Shown one piece after another: positions 13,524 through 26,679 of a stretch of 64,000 nucleotides of DNA (the first letter of the stretch is position 1; the number at the start of each line of letters is the position of its first letter). The notes under the pieces are model-generated. The model was given only the letters and a program-made list of their open reading frames with translations, was not told the DNA's origin and made no database searches. A program made the position numbers and the translations under genes. Source of the DNA: Paramecium tetraurelia (Eukaryota); the NCBI GenBank assembly GCA_000165425.1, contig CT868474.1:186001-250000 (forward strand). Direction: 5' to 3'.

Positions 13524-16500
13524 ATGCAATAACAATATTCAAAATAAGAAAACTCAAGAGATTTTGAAGAATTTCACAATATTGAGGAGTTGAAAGAATT
13601 ATTCCTTTTGAATTCAATAAATGATGGATCAAGTTTTCAGAAAGTTTTGAAATTAGGAGGGGATTAAGGTTTGGCAAAATAATTGAAATCGCATCTATTA
13701 GTATAATTGAAAATTAATTAAAATAGAAAGGAATAGATTCTGAAGCTCAAGTTTAAGAGAATAGGGAGAAATTCGGAAATAATGATCCAATCGAAAAGGA
13801 GCCTGCATAATTATGTGAATTAATTTTAGAATGTTTTGGGGATACAATGTTATAAATTTTGTTAGCAGCTGCTCTGGTTAGCACTATAATTGGCATTATA
13901 AATGAAGGTGTAAAAACAGGATGGACAGAAGGGTATAACTTTAATCATATATCTAGAGCAACAATATTTTTAGCTGTTTTTTTAATTGTTTCAATAACAG
14001 CTGGTAATAATTATTTAAAAGAGAGATAATTTTAATAATTGAGACGTAAATTAGATGATGGAATGGTATAAGTAGTTAGGGGTGGAATAGTTGAAATATC
14101 CATAAAAGAAATAGTTGTCGGTGATATATTGTAATTTGGTATTGGAGACATTTTCCAAGTTGATGGTATTTGATTAAACTTAAATTTAGGTTTGATGATA
14201 TAGGGTTCTTAAATTAAAGTTGATGAATCTCCAATGACTGGAGAATCAGATGAAATAAAAAAATTGCCATTTAATGAAATGACTCAATCATAATCAAATA
14301 GCAAGGATCATCATCATTATAGTCCATTTTTAATAAGTGGCACTCGATGTTTAGATGGAAATGGATATATGTTAGTATTGCAGGTAGGATAAAATACAAT
14401 ACAAGGATAATTAAAACTGTTATTAAATTAAGACAATCCTCCAACTCCTCTTTAATAAAAGTTAGAAGGAGTGGCTGAAAATATTGGAAAATTGGGTACT
14501 TTGGTAGCAATTTTAACATTTATTGCTTTGATGGGCCATTTGATTTATGATGTATTTGTGGATCATAAACATGAATTACTTACATTGCTATCCTTATAAT
14601 TAATAATCGAAGCATTTATGATAGGAGTAACAATAATAGTTGTGGCTGTTCCAGAAGGTTTACCATTAGCAGTGACAATTGCATTGGCATATTCAGTAGG
14701 CAAAATGAAGGATGAATAAAATTTAGTAAAGAATCTAGCATCATGTGAAATTATGGGTGGTGCAAATAATATTTGTAGTGATAAGACAGGAACATTAACA
14801 TAAAATATTATGCAAGTAACTGCATTATGGATTGAGAATCATACTTATATGAACCAAGAAATCAATGTAACTTCAAAGATTTCAAGATAATCTATAGAGA
14901 TTATGTCTGAATCTATATGTTATAATTCAATTGCAAATCCAACGAAGGATAGGGATACTAATAGATGGACATAGATAGGGAATAAAACCGAGTGTGCTTT
15001 AATTGAATTAGCTGATAACTTTGGATTTAAATACTCTAATTATAGATTAAATGAAAGGATTCTTAGACAAATCCCCTTCAGTAGTAAAAGAAAGAAGATG
15101 GTGACTGCTATTTTAAATCCTAAAAATTAAGCTATTAGAATATTTTGCAAAGGAGCTTCTGAAATTATTTTAGCATAGTGTTTTAGATATGTTTCTACGA
15201 ATGGTGTTGAATAGGTTCTTGATAAAGTGAAAAAAGATGAAATTTTGCATAATATTATAGAAAATTTTGCATCTCACTCTCTAAGAACTATAGCCATAGC
15301 TTATAAAGATCTGGAACCTTAAAGTTAAGCAATAAAGGGATTTGTAAATGCCAAAGCACATGTACATTAAATAAATGAGGATGACATTGATAAAGATCTA
15401 ACTTTGATTGCCATAGCAGGTATCAAAGATCCAATTAGACCTGATGTTGCTGATTCTATAAGATAATGCACTAAGTCTGGAGTGACTGTTAGAATGGTTA
15501 CTGGAGATAACCTAATTACTGCTTAGTCAATTGCACTTGAATGTGGGATATTAGAGAAGAATAGAGCCTAATAGGAATTTGAAGTAATTGAGGGCAAAAA
15601 GTTTAGAGATTTAGTGGGAGGACTAGTGAGTGCTAAAAATGAAGAAGGAAAAGAAATAAAAGTAGTTAAAAATATGTAGATCTTTTCGAAAATAAGCAGA
15701 GAAATGAAAGTAATGGCTAGAGCATCTCCAGAGGATAAATATCTATTGGTTACAGGATTGATTTAGGAAGGCAATGTTGTTGCAGTAACTGGAGATGGAA
15801 CGAATGATGCACCAGCCTTAAAAAAAGCAGATGTTGGATTTGCAATGGGAATTACTGGATCAGATGTAGCAAAAGATGCTGCAGATATAATTCTAATAGA
15901 TGATAATTTTAGTTCAATTATTACAGGTACAATTTTGTCTTATCAAATAGCTATGAAATGGGGTAGAAATATATATGATTGTATAAGAAAATTCATCCAA
16001 TTTTAATTGACAGTCAATCTTGTCGCACTATTCATGTCATTTACAGGTGCTGTAATATTAAAATAATCTCCGTTAAATGCAATAGAGATGTTGTGGGTTA
16101 ATTTGATTATGGATACTTTTGCTTCTTTGGCTTTGGCTACAGAACCTCCTTCTATCAAAGTCTTGGATAGATAGCCATATCGAAGGAGCGATTAGATTGT
16201 TTCACCAACAATGTACAGAACGATTGTTGGGGCGAGTTTATATTAAATCATAGTTCTTACGTTTATATTATTTCTACTACCGAAATTCATCGATTGTTCC
16301 ATTCCTGAGGAGTTGATTGATTAAAAAGTAATTATTTTATTTATATCTATAAAGTACCCTAAGAATGTAGTGCAAATGAGTATCTTCTTTTAAGCATTTG
16401 TGTTGATGTAAGTATTTAATTCAATTTCCTGTCGATAATTAGATTATCACACTAGGAATCCTTTTGCTAATTTTTGTAATAATCCTTTGTTTTGGATAGT

Positions 16501-16825
16501 TTAAATAATCACAGTTATTGTTTAGGTCTTGCTTATTCAATATGGAGGAAAATATGTGAAAGTGTCTCATTTGACGTTGGAGTAACATTTATTATGTGTT
16601 GGTCTTGCCGTTGGTGGAATTATCTTTTCTGTTCTATTTAAATTCATTCCAGAAGGATTATGCTAAAAAATCCACTTATTTAGAGAAGAGGAGATCAAGA
16701 CAGAAAAGATGGACTATACTTTAACAAGTAAATTAAGACGAAAGTCAACTATGCGTTTGCACACTAGTTAAAGAAGTAAGCACGATTTTGGTAGTTTGAA
16801 CAAAATGAGCTCAGATAAAATATGA
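13524..16825 (+). CDS. plasma-membrane Ca2+-ATPase (P2B/PMCA)
   Basis: [64 protein letters not shown]. Confidence 0.97.
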
Positions 16826-17135
16826 AGTTATTAATTATACAAATTAGTAATTTATAATAAATATCAATTTTTCAATAAAATCAAATTTGTTAAAAAATTA
16901 TATTTGGTTGAGAACCCTCTATTTGAATTCATAAGAAATTTCTATATTTACATAAATCCATTCATCAAAATCAAACTAGATTTACTCTAATTTTAGTTTA
17001 TTTTCACAAAAGTCTTTACAAGTATAAATCTAAAATAGATTTCTTACCCAAAGTACCTAAAATTAGAATATTCGGGCATTTAATCTAAAAATTCAATAAT
17101 TTTAGTAATTTTATTATTTAACTAAAGCAAAAATT

Positions 17136-18473
17136 ATGTAAAAGTAATGATACTATGATATTTAAAAGGGAAGACGTGGAATTCACTTACAAGTACTTTG
17201 TTTATAAATACATCTACATCAATATCGTTGTTCTCTTGTTCACCCTGTATTAATTTCAAGGGGCTCCTTTTGCTCTACCTCTCGGCTGCATGATATTAAA
17301 TGAACTTGTGATTTGGATTAAATATTCAGGTGGATAGATAACAGACAATGTCGATCACGTTCTTCACATATTATTTTATGTAAGTTTGCTTCATTATTTA
17401 GATGTATGTCACAGTCATCTATTATTTAGATTTAAACTACTATATTTTTAGCAATACATTTGTAGTTTTCTCTTTCATTTTCAAGATAGCTTGTGATAAA
17501 AAATGTGAAGAGCATTATGAATATACTACAATTATACGATTAGTATTTTGTATTTATAATATAGAGTAAAATCTTTTATCGATTTTCATAATTGATAGCA
17601 ATATTTTGTATCACATTAAAATTAAATCGATATGTAGATTGGACATGGTCATAAACATTTTGGTGGTATTGGATGTTTTTAAGTGCTTTAATAGGATCCG
17701 CAATAACATTTTTATTGATTTTAATTTCAAAATTAATTAGAATCCACAATAGCGCAATAATAAACCACTATAAAAATGAAAGTATAGCCTTATAATCTAA
17801 TTTAGTTAAAATTCTTTTGTGGTTATTGTATATCGCCTCTTTAAGCAGTCTAATAGCAGGTATCTGGATAGTAAATACTTTGAATTTACTTGGAAATAAT
17901 ATAAATATCGAAATAGGAGATTTCTATATGTACATTACAATTTCTTTGAACATCCTCATTTTTTTTGGCATCTCTTACTTGCTTTTCAATTCTATTGTTG
18001 AATTTGTGATATCAATAAATTAAGTTGAATCTAGAGATTCCTCTCCAAAAATAACTACTTAGAATACGGAAAGATAAATGAAAAAAGAGTTAACAACAAC
18101 ATCAATTTTCATGTAGAAACTGTCAAATGCTTACTTCAAATAAATAAAAGATCTAGAAGGGGTGACACTTAAGGATACGAATTAGAATGAAATATTAACT
18201 GAGAGGAATGTGAATAATAAAATTATTAAAAAAAATAAAACTAGCCCCAATAATTCTAATAATAAATGCATTATTTGTTGTGAAAAGCCAAAAAATGCAA
18301 TACTAATGAATTGTGGTCACGGAGGAATTTGTTATTAATGTGCAATTCAAATGGCTTAGAAGCAAAAGGAATGTTTTCTATGCAGATAGATAATTTAGTT
18401 TATCTATGAAGTTGATGAAAAGGATGCTAGTATATTGAAAAGAGTGATTTCAAAAACTAGAATATCCAATTGA
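17136..18473 (+). CDS. multi-pass membrane protein with C-terminal RING-HC (C3HC4)
   Basis: TM-rich N-terminus; CIICCEKPKNAILMNCGHGGICYQCA...ECFLCR. Confidence 0.8.
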
Positions 18474-18502
18474 TACTATTTTTATTAATATTTTTAACAG
18501 TT

Positions 18503-20132
18503 ATGAAATCTCAATTCGAAGTATACCTCAGACTGAAGCCTTCCAACAAGTAAGAGTAATCATGTAAAGAAGCTAATCCTAAAATGCGATGCAATACTAA
18601 ATATATCAAAATAAGAAATTACAAGTATTATTGCCTAAACATGTTAAATTCGGGTTGATTAACAACAGCAGAGACAATTTGGATTTCAATTTTACTCATG
18701 TTTTCGATCAAAAATCAAGTTAAGAACACGTTTTTACAAATGTCACTACTCCTGTAATCAATAGGTATTCAACAATTTATTCAAATTTAGTTTTTTGGAT
18801 GGCTATAATGCTACTATTTTTGCATATGGCTAAACAGGATCAGGCAAGACTTATACAATGAGTGGAGCTGAAACATGGTAGTTGAGAGGTATTATACCTA
18901 GAACACTCTCTTATATTTTTGATGAAATCGATAAAAGAAATAAATTTGAATATAAAATCTATATTTCATTCATGGAGATATACAATGAAAATGCTTATGA
19001 TTTATTAGAGAAAAAACATTTAGAAACTCCCCTAGAATAATGGAATAAAGTATTTATTTAATAAATTTTAAGATAGCATTATATGAAGATGATTAGAACA
19101 ATATTCATTTAAAAAACTTATCAATTCATTAATGTAATAATGAACAAGAAGGAATCGATTTGCTAATGATGGGAAATTTTATTAGATAAGTCAGTTCTAC
19201 TCCTATGAATTAATCAAGTTCCAGATCTCACTGTATTTTTACAGTAACTCTTGAAGGATATGATACCACAAGTGAGACTTGCTTTGTTAGCAAATTACAT
19301 TTAGTTGATTTAGCAGGATCAGAAAGAATTAGTAAATCTTAAGTAGAGGGTAATTTATTGAACGAAGCAAAATACATCAATTTATCTTTAACTTACTTAG
19401 AATAAGTTATTATAGCTTTAAATGAAAGAATGAAGGGAGCCAATAGATAACATATCCCATATAGAAACTCTCTGATGACCACATTGCTAAAAGATTCTCT
19501 GGGAGGTAATTGCAAAACTGTGATGATTGCTACAATTAGTTCTGAGAATGATAACATCGAAGAATCATTATCCACTTTACGATTTAGTCAAAGAGTGGGA
19601 CAACTAGAAAATGAGATAAGGCGAAATGAAAAAGTAGATTTGGAAGCTGTTGTAAAACGACTAGAGCAAGAAAAACTCGTTCTCATAAGGGAATTAGAGT
19701 AATATTAAAGAGGAGGGGCATCCACTTCAAGCAATAAAAAGATTTAATCACAATAATAAAATCTATTACCATAATCAAATGGAACACCTATTAGTTAAAA
19801 AGATATTTAAGAAAAAGTTGAACTTTATCTTAATGAAAGGATTCCAATGTTGGATGTAAAGAGCATAGAGGAAACACAAAAGTGCTTTGAAGCAATGAAG
19901 GATCTCTATAATACAAGAATGAAGGAGTATGTTACAGAACTGACATTCATCTCTGAAAAGTTACAAAAATATGATGAAATACTAACAAGAAAGTATACAA
20001 ATAGATAAATATATCATTAGGAAAGAACAGAGTTCCTTCCTTGAATAAAAAGAGAATAGTTCTCCTGAAGCTGAAATTTATAGAAGAAACGAGTCTCCAC
20101 AAATAACATTTAAAAAAAGGGCAAATTAGTGA
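18503..20132 (+). CDS. kinesin, kinesin-9 (KIF6/KIF9)-like
   Basis: [61 protein letters not shown]. Confidence 0.9.
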
Positions 20133-20174
20133 TAATAAATTATATATATTTGCTAATGTAATTAATTAACCATA

Positions 20175-22048
20175 TCAAATGCTCAACGACGTCACCTTTC
20201 CTTCTAAATCTGCTACTTCTTCCTAACTAATATTCGATTATTTGGCTTGGATTTAAGCGTTTACTTATGGACCCAATTAATTAATTAAAAAGCTTAAACC
20301 TTTATGATTGACTTCTGTGGAGTTCAAATTGACTGAAAGGTTTACTAGAATTGGCAAATTATGAAGGAACTAATTTATTATAATATTTCATTACTTTGCC
20401 TAACTTGCGAGCTCCTTGTTCTGTAATTTTATTATAATGAACACTAATATTGACACTCTTTAATGAAACCCATTTATTGGCAGAGAACTATTTATTCAAG
20501 TCTGCCAATGATTTATCAGTTAATTAGTTTCTTCCAACATTAATTGTTAATTCTACAAGACTGTCAGCAAAGTTTGATACGTGTTGGATCAATCCACTAA
20601 AGCCATCGTCCTTAATAGTATTGCTTTATAATGAATATCCTGAAAGATTAAGTGTTAGTTTCTTAACTCCTTTGTATGTGGATAAGGCTTCTCCTAATTA
20701 TTGAGCTGACTTATTGTCAATTTGAGATTGACTACAGAGATATTGTATTAATATTATACCTGAAATTGAATAACACTCTTTTAACTTAACTACCTCCCAC
20801 TGATTTCACAGCCTTTGAAATATGTTAGACTGCTGAATTAACATTTGATTATTCTGCCAACACATTTACTTCTTCCAAATTAGGTAATTTCACATCTTTA
20901 AATTCAGTAAAGAAATCTTTGGCTGAGTTTGCTTACACTTATTAGGAGAATGAAAAGGTCAACACTTTTAATTGTTCTGCTTAAGAAATAGCTAGATAAA
21001 TTTAATTAATTTTATACCTTAAGCAATATGAGACAATCCAGAGGCTTTTCCACTTACTTTCCAATTAACTTGTAAATTCAATATGCTTGTTAATTTCTAT
21101 ATTGATTCTGCAATTGATTTTGACTCAGCAACTGTAAAATCTCCAATGTGAAGTATTATTCTAGTTTCTGTTGTGATCATTGTATTTAATAGCAATGCAA
21201 ATGCTTCAGCAGTCTCAATATTCAGATTCACAAAATTTTATTGTTAGATTGAAGAGTCTTCTTAGATAATGTTCAATAACTAATCACCCAATTTCTTAAT
21301 TTAAGAATTCCAAAACTTTAAAGCTAGTTCAGTTCTATCTTAAATATTCTAATTCAAACTCTATTCCAAGTTTTCTCTATAGAATTACTCTTTAGTTTTA
21401 TTCCAAACACACAATTCCTCTGGAGCATTTCTCCATGCTCTCACCTTTTTTGTGGTTGTAAACAAATATTCTGGCAATTCAGGAGCTGCTCTTAATTAAG
21501 AAATCTTTTAATTTTATAATTTTATATTACTTTATCTACAATTTCTTTTGGCTTGGGAATTGAAGCTTCCTATTCTGGATCGCTTTTCAACACTGTCTAC
21601 AAGGAATCAAATGCTTTTTACACATTGCTACTCTCACCTTGTGCATTACCAACCAATTGAGAGACAATGTTATTGCAAGCATTCTCATAACCTTATTATA
21701 ACTTTTAATTCAACTATTTAAATGAGTTAACTTGATCTTAAACTTATCTTTCATATTCTTGTTTTTTAGACTTAAAATTTTAAACAAGGGATTATGATTC
21801 AGCATCTGGAACATAGGCTAATGGAGACTTTTTGGTCAAATCCCTATTTTATTAATATATTTAAGCTATATTTACTATAAAAAGTCTTAAATAACAACTA
21901 ATTCAGATTTTCCTGCAGTTTCATGAAGTTTTTTAGTTACATGTCGAGCTGTCAATAACTTATTATTCGACACGTCTTTTGATTCGAAAACCAGAATAAA
22001 GGGTTCGTTATCGGTAGGGTCTAATAATTGAGGGAATTCGAAATCCAT
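20175..22048 (-). CDS. protein with C-terminal ciliate-type leucine-rich repeats
   Basis: Long code-6 frame with tiny introns; repeated LxLxL...ITDxG-like units in the C-terminal half. Confidence 0.6.
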
Positions 22049-22967
22049 TAATTAAATATTTTCTCATCCCGCCTTCACTTAAATTCAATTATATTGTATA
22101 TTCTAATTCATAGTTATTTATCCAATGAAATTTAATATAAGTTTAATATATACCCAAATAAAATTAATTGAAATTTATTAAAGTTTTAACAAGTCACACA
22201 TAATATCTGGGCTTAGAATTACATTATTACAAAAATATCCAAGTCTATCCTATATTAATCATCCTTCTAATATTTTATTTTGGTTATCTGTTTAACATAT
22301 TAATTATAATAGTACTCTATATTTTATTAATAAAGATCATAAGAAATTAACTTTTTATAAGTAGATTTATAAATTATTTGGAATCTTATCAATGGGGTAA
22401 AAAATAATTCAAATTTATTATCACTATTGTATATATCTTGAATGTTTAAAAAAATAGTTCCATAAATTTGTATCTTAAAAAGTGAAATAATATTATTAAA
22501 TATACATTCTTCAAAATAGAATTTTTTGTAATACAAGAAGTACTGAAATTTAATACTTCAAGATGTACCCAAAATGTGTATTTTATTTCATATCAAGCAA
22601 TTTATTAATGGATTATTTTCATGAACAGAAATTTGATAAATAATTTGAAGATAAATAAATTTTTTGAACAAATCTAACTCAATTCGTTCTTTTTAGATTA
22701 ATAAATTATCATCAGAATTACTAATTTTAATTCCCTCTTTGTTTATTAGATGTGTTTATAAAGCAACTTTATACAATTTGAAAATTCTTTATTTATAATA
22801 TTCTTACGTTGAGTTCTATAACAGGGTTAACAGCACTCTCTCTTATTTTTAGTGTAGTCTTTTACACATATATAAAAATAATTTATGTGTTGAAATGGTA
22901 AATTTAACTTTTGTTGATGAGATTAGAATTAATTTATTAATTATAAACATTTTATCAAAAATAATTA

Positions 22968-24350
22968 ATGTTTTAACGAGAATAAAGGAATACGACTAAT
23001 TCTGGATATAAGAGTTCTTCAAATGCATATGTAATGGCAATGAAGGCACTACAAGAAAAAATAAAATTAATGGAAACACAAAAAAATCATTTGTAGCCTT
23101 GTAATAAAATGAAAATTAACGATGAAGAAAATTTGTCTTAGTAAATATAAGAACTGAGAAATTAAAATGAAACATTATCTATTTAACTATAAAGACAATA
23201 AAATGATAAAGAAAATATTAATAATTATATTTTATAAATCGAAGCTTTGCAATAGGAAAGATTAATATAATTGAAGGAATACCAAGATCGTGTTGCAGAT
23301 CTTGTTAAAAAAATAGAGGATGGTAAGAAGGAGAGATCAGAGATGTAGAGTTAAATTGATCAATTGTAAAAGCAATTAGAGCAGTATAAACTAAACGAGA
23401 GAGGTTTGATGCAGAAGGTGGATCAACAAAAATTAGATGAGAACTAGAAATAGATTGAATAGATATTGGATTTGAAGCATAGATTAGAATAAGGATAAAC
23501 CTATGCAAAGAAGCTTGAAAAGAGATATGAAAAATTATAAAATGAGAAAAACTAATTGGAATCAAACTATTTAGATTATAGAGAGAGATGTCCGATATTT
23601 AAATTGCAAGAATATGAAAAATAAATTTAGATTTATAGAGGTTAGTTGGAAGAAAAAGAAAGAGCATTTTTGAGAATGATGGAAGAAATATAGAATTAAC
23701 GTTAATCAACAGAGGATCAATTGACTCGAAGAATCTAAGAATTATTAAACAAAAGTAACGAATATTAATCTAAAATACATAAATTGACAATAGAATTGAA
23801 AGATCTAAGTTTAAAGCATCAATAATTATAATTAAGGATGGAATACGAAGAGAAAAATAATAAATTTAATCGTAAAAGATTGAGGAATGTATCATCTTCT
23901 GAAGATCCAGATCAAGATATGCCAATACACAATCCAACTTAATAATAAATAAATAATCATAATTAGAAAGTTGCAAAACTTAATTTTGAATACTTGTAGC
24001 CCTAAATGTCTAGTCCTAGATTTGAATAAAGTTTAGTTAAATCCAATGTTCTAAAGTAAGCAATAAAGGATTGTTTAGAAGATATGAAATAGACAACTCC
24101 ATTTAAGTCTGATCTACATTTTCAAGCTGATTAAAGTTTGTTATAACAGCATTCTAAAAAGAAATTGTTATCACCTCCTATGTCAGCACGAAATAATGAA
24201 ACAGAATATCAATTGAAATAATTGAATGATCGTTATGAATAGTTAATAAGATAAGCTTAAAAAGAATCAGATTTTAAACAAAAAGCCCAAATTCGAAAAG
24301 AGTTATTGGATATTGCTGAACAAATAAAGGATATAAATAGAAAACAATGA
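22968..24350 (+). CDS. coiled-coil protein with CEP57-like N-terminal motif
   Basis: AMKALQEKIKLME resembles the CEP57 ALKxLQxKIxxLE motif; long E/K/Q heptad region. Confidence 0.55.
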
Positions 24351-24380
24351 AAATAAATCAGCTTTGAATAATGATATAAT

Positions 24381-26339
24381 TCAAATTGATAATAGTTTTT
24401 ACTTATGCATCTCGGAGTTGAGAGAATGATAATTCATTACTTCTTCACTTGGGAATTTTCTTCTGCAGATTGGACAAATATACAAAATCAATCTAGTTTA
24501 CGCTTCTACTTGATTTATAATAGGTTTCAAAGGAGCAACTTTAACTTCTGGTTTTTTTGTTTGTTATAATTTTTCCCATTTTTTTAATTCCAATTCCGCT
24601 TTTTTCCTTATTTAGGCTTCAGTTAATTGAGGCTGTACTTTATTTATAGTTTTTGTAGGTAGAGTAGATGGCTGATCATCCTCTTTATCTGATTTTACAT
24701 CTTCTTCTGTCTCTTCAACATTTTATTATTTCTTTTATTATTAAGATTATTATTGAATTGGTAACTACTATTATTATGGTTTCGGATTATGAATTTTGGG
24801 TAGAAGTGTAGACATTAGATTCATAGGAGGAGTCGATAAAGTAAGTTTTTGTTCTTATTTCAATATGATTCTCTCTTAAGCCAATTAGGCAGCTTAATAC
24901 GGAGCTTAAATAATTGGCTACACAATAGAGACTTCTGACATTTAGATTGGTAATTATGGAATAGGTTGAGTTTATGTTGGTTGGTTGTATGGGAGAGGTG
25001 GAATTTAAGGGATTTAATGAATTGAAATAGGAGGAGGTATTGGCATTTACATTTGTATTGGAATGGGTATTTAAATTTGAGGTTATTGTTGTTATTGAAT
25101 AATATCCTATGGTTATTATGACTGTTATGATGGAATCTATGGTTGTAATGGCCCTTGTTGTTACATCACAAATTAGTTATTTGGATAGAATCTAAATTTA
25201 GTCTTGTAGTATACCCAAATGGTTTTTAGTGGTCTTCATATCGTGAAGCTCTGTTATTTCTGGAATACTAGATTATCAGTTAGTCACCATGAAGTCTGAC
25301 TTCATTTTAAGTAACATATCTATAAACATTCTCCGCGTCTTCAACACTAAAGAATTCAACAAAAGCAAAATCCTTTTATTCTTTCATTCTTGGATCCTTT
25401 GGTACTTTATTTTTGACCAATCTAATATCTTTAACAGCTGCAAGAGGAGCAAAAATATCCAAAATATCACTATCTGTTGCATCAGCTATGGACTTGATTT
25501 CAATAAGGAAAGATATACTTTTGCTTTGATCATTAAGCTAGTATTGCAGAGGGAATCATCAGTGAATCCAGTAGTAGGAGCCATCATGACACTCAATATC
25601 TTACAATTTATATTTCTTGGATTTAAACATTTATTGCATTTGTGTCTTTTGGCAAAATTCTCATAACCACATTTATCACATATCCAATCATAACTTGTAG
25701 GAGGCTAATTAATTAAACTATTTTTTAATTCATGTCTATTCTAATTATTATTATTATATTCATTACTCTTCTCTATCTACCACTAGTATCATCATAGAAA
25801 TCAACATTAAGTGTATGTTCACCTATTGATATTTTACCTTTTAAGTAAATTAAAACTTTTCTTGCATAATCAACAGTACAATATTTTATATATGCCTACC
25901 CAAATGCATTAATTATAGATATTTCCTCATGAGGAATTACATTAGCTTCCATTGCTGCTTCATTAAATGCACTATCCAATTATTACTTTGTTAAGTTTTC
26001 AGGTAAGTTCTCCAACAGTAATACCATATTATCATGATTTTTGGGCCTATATCGAGGCACTTTTTCTGAACTTGATGATGATTCAGATTAGGAAACAGAA
26101 ACAGAAACTGAAGATGACGGTCTTGACAAACTTGATGATGAATATTTTCTATTTTTTCTCTTCTAATGACGATCCTTTCTTTTTCTGTCATTTTTATTAT
26201 CATATCTATCATTTCTTTCGTTATTTCTTTCATTGTTACGATCATTATTTCTTTCATTATGCTTTTCATTTCGATCATAATTAGACTTTTCATTCACATA
26301 CTTATTATTTTTCTCATTATTTTTATGATGAAAATCCAT
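24381..26339 (-). CDS. RBM5/RBM10-like RNA-binding splicing factor
   Basis: RRM, RanBP2 zinc finger DWICDKCGYENFAKRHKCNKC, second RRM, P/Q-rich linker, C2H2 finger CPICRRKFPSEEVMNYHSLNSEMH. Confidence 0.82.
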
Positions 26340-26679
26340 TTTTTATTTAAAATAATATGAAATTATACATACAAATAATTACAATTTATTATAGTGTACT
26401 AATATTCATTTATAATTTAATAAAATGAAAGCTAAATTAGATTATTGGTTAAAGCAATATTTGTAAATATAGGAATTTAATTCTCTAATGGTTTATAAAT
26501 AAGAAAATTCTTGGGTTCAAATAGAATATTTCAGAGAAAGATTTTACAGCTATTCAACTTTTACAAATGTCTATCATCCTTATTAGTTTGGATTTTAAGT
26601 ATTTTGGAATATTAATGAATAATATTTATTTTCATTTTCATAATTACAAGCATCCGTTTTATATAATTTTATATTGAAA

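Noticed and set aside
22050..22960. Long AT-rich gap as a retained IES, transposon or ncRNA
   Set aside because: No convincing TA-bounded inverted ends, transposase motif or RNA boxes; treated as intergenic (likewise 50770-51440 and 55830-56380)
26425..26679. Upstream in-frame ATG extending the lectin-like gene by 85 codons
   Set aside because: With one stop codon, open frames of this length occur by chance; the signal peptide begins at 26680
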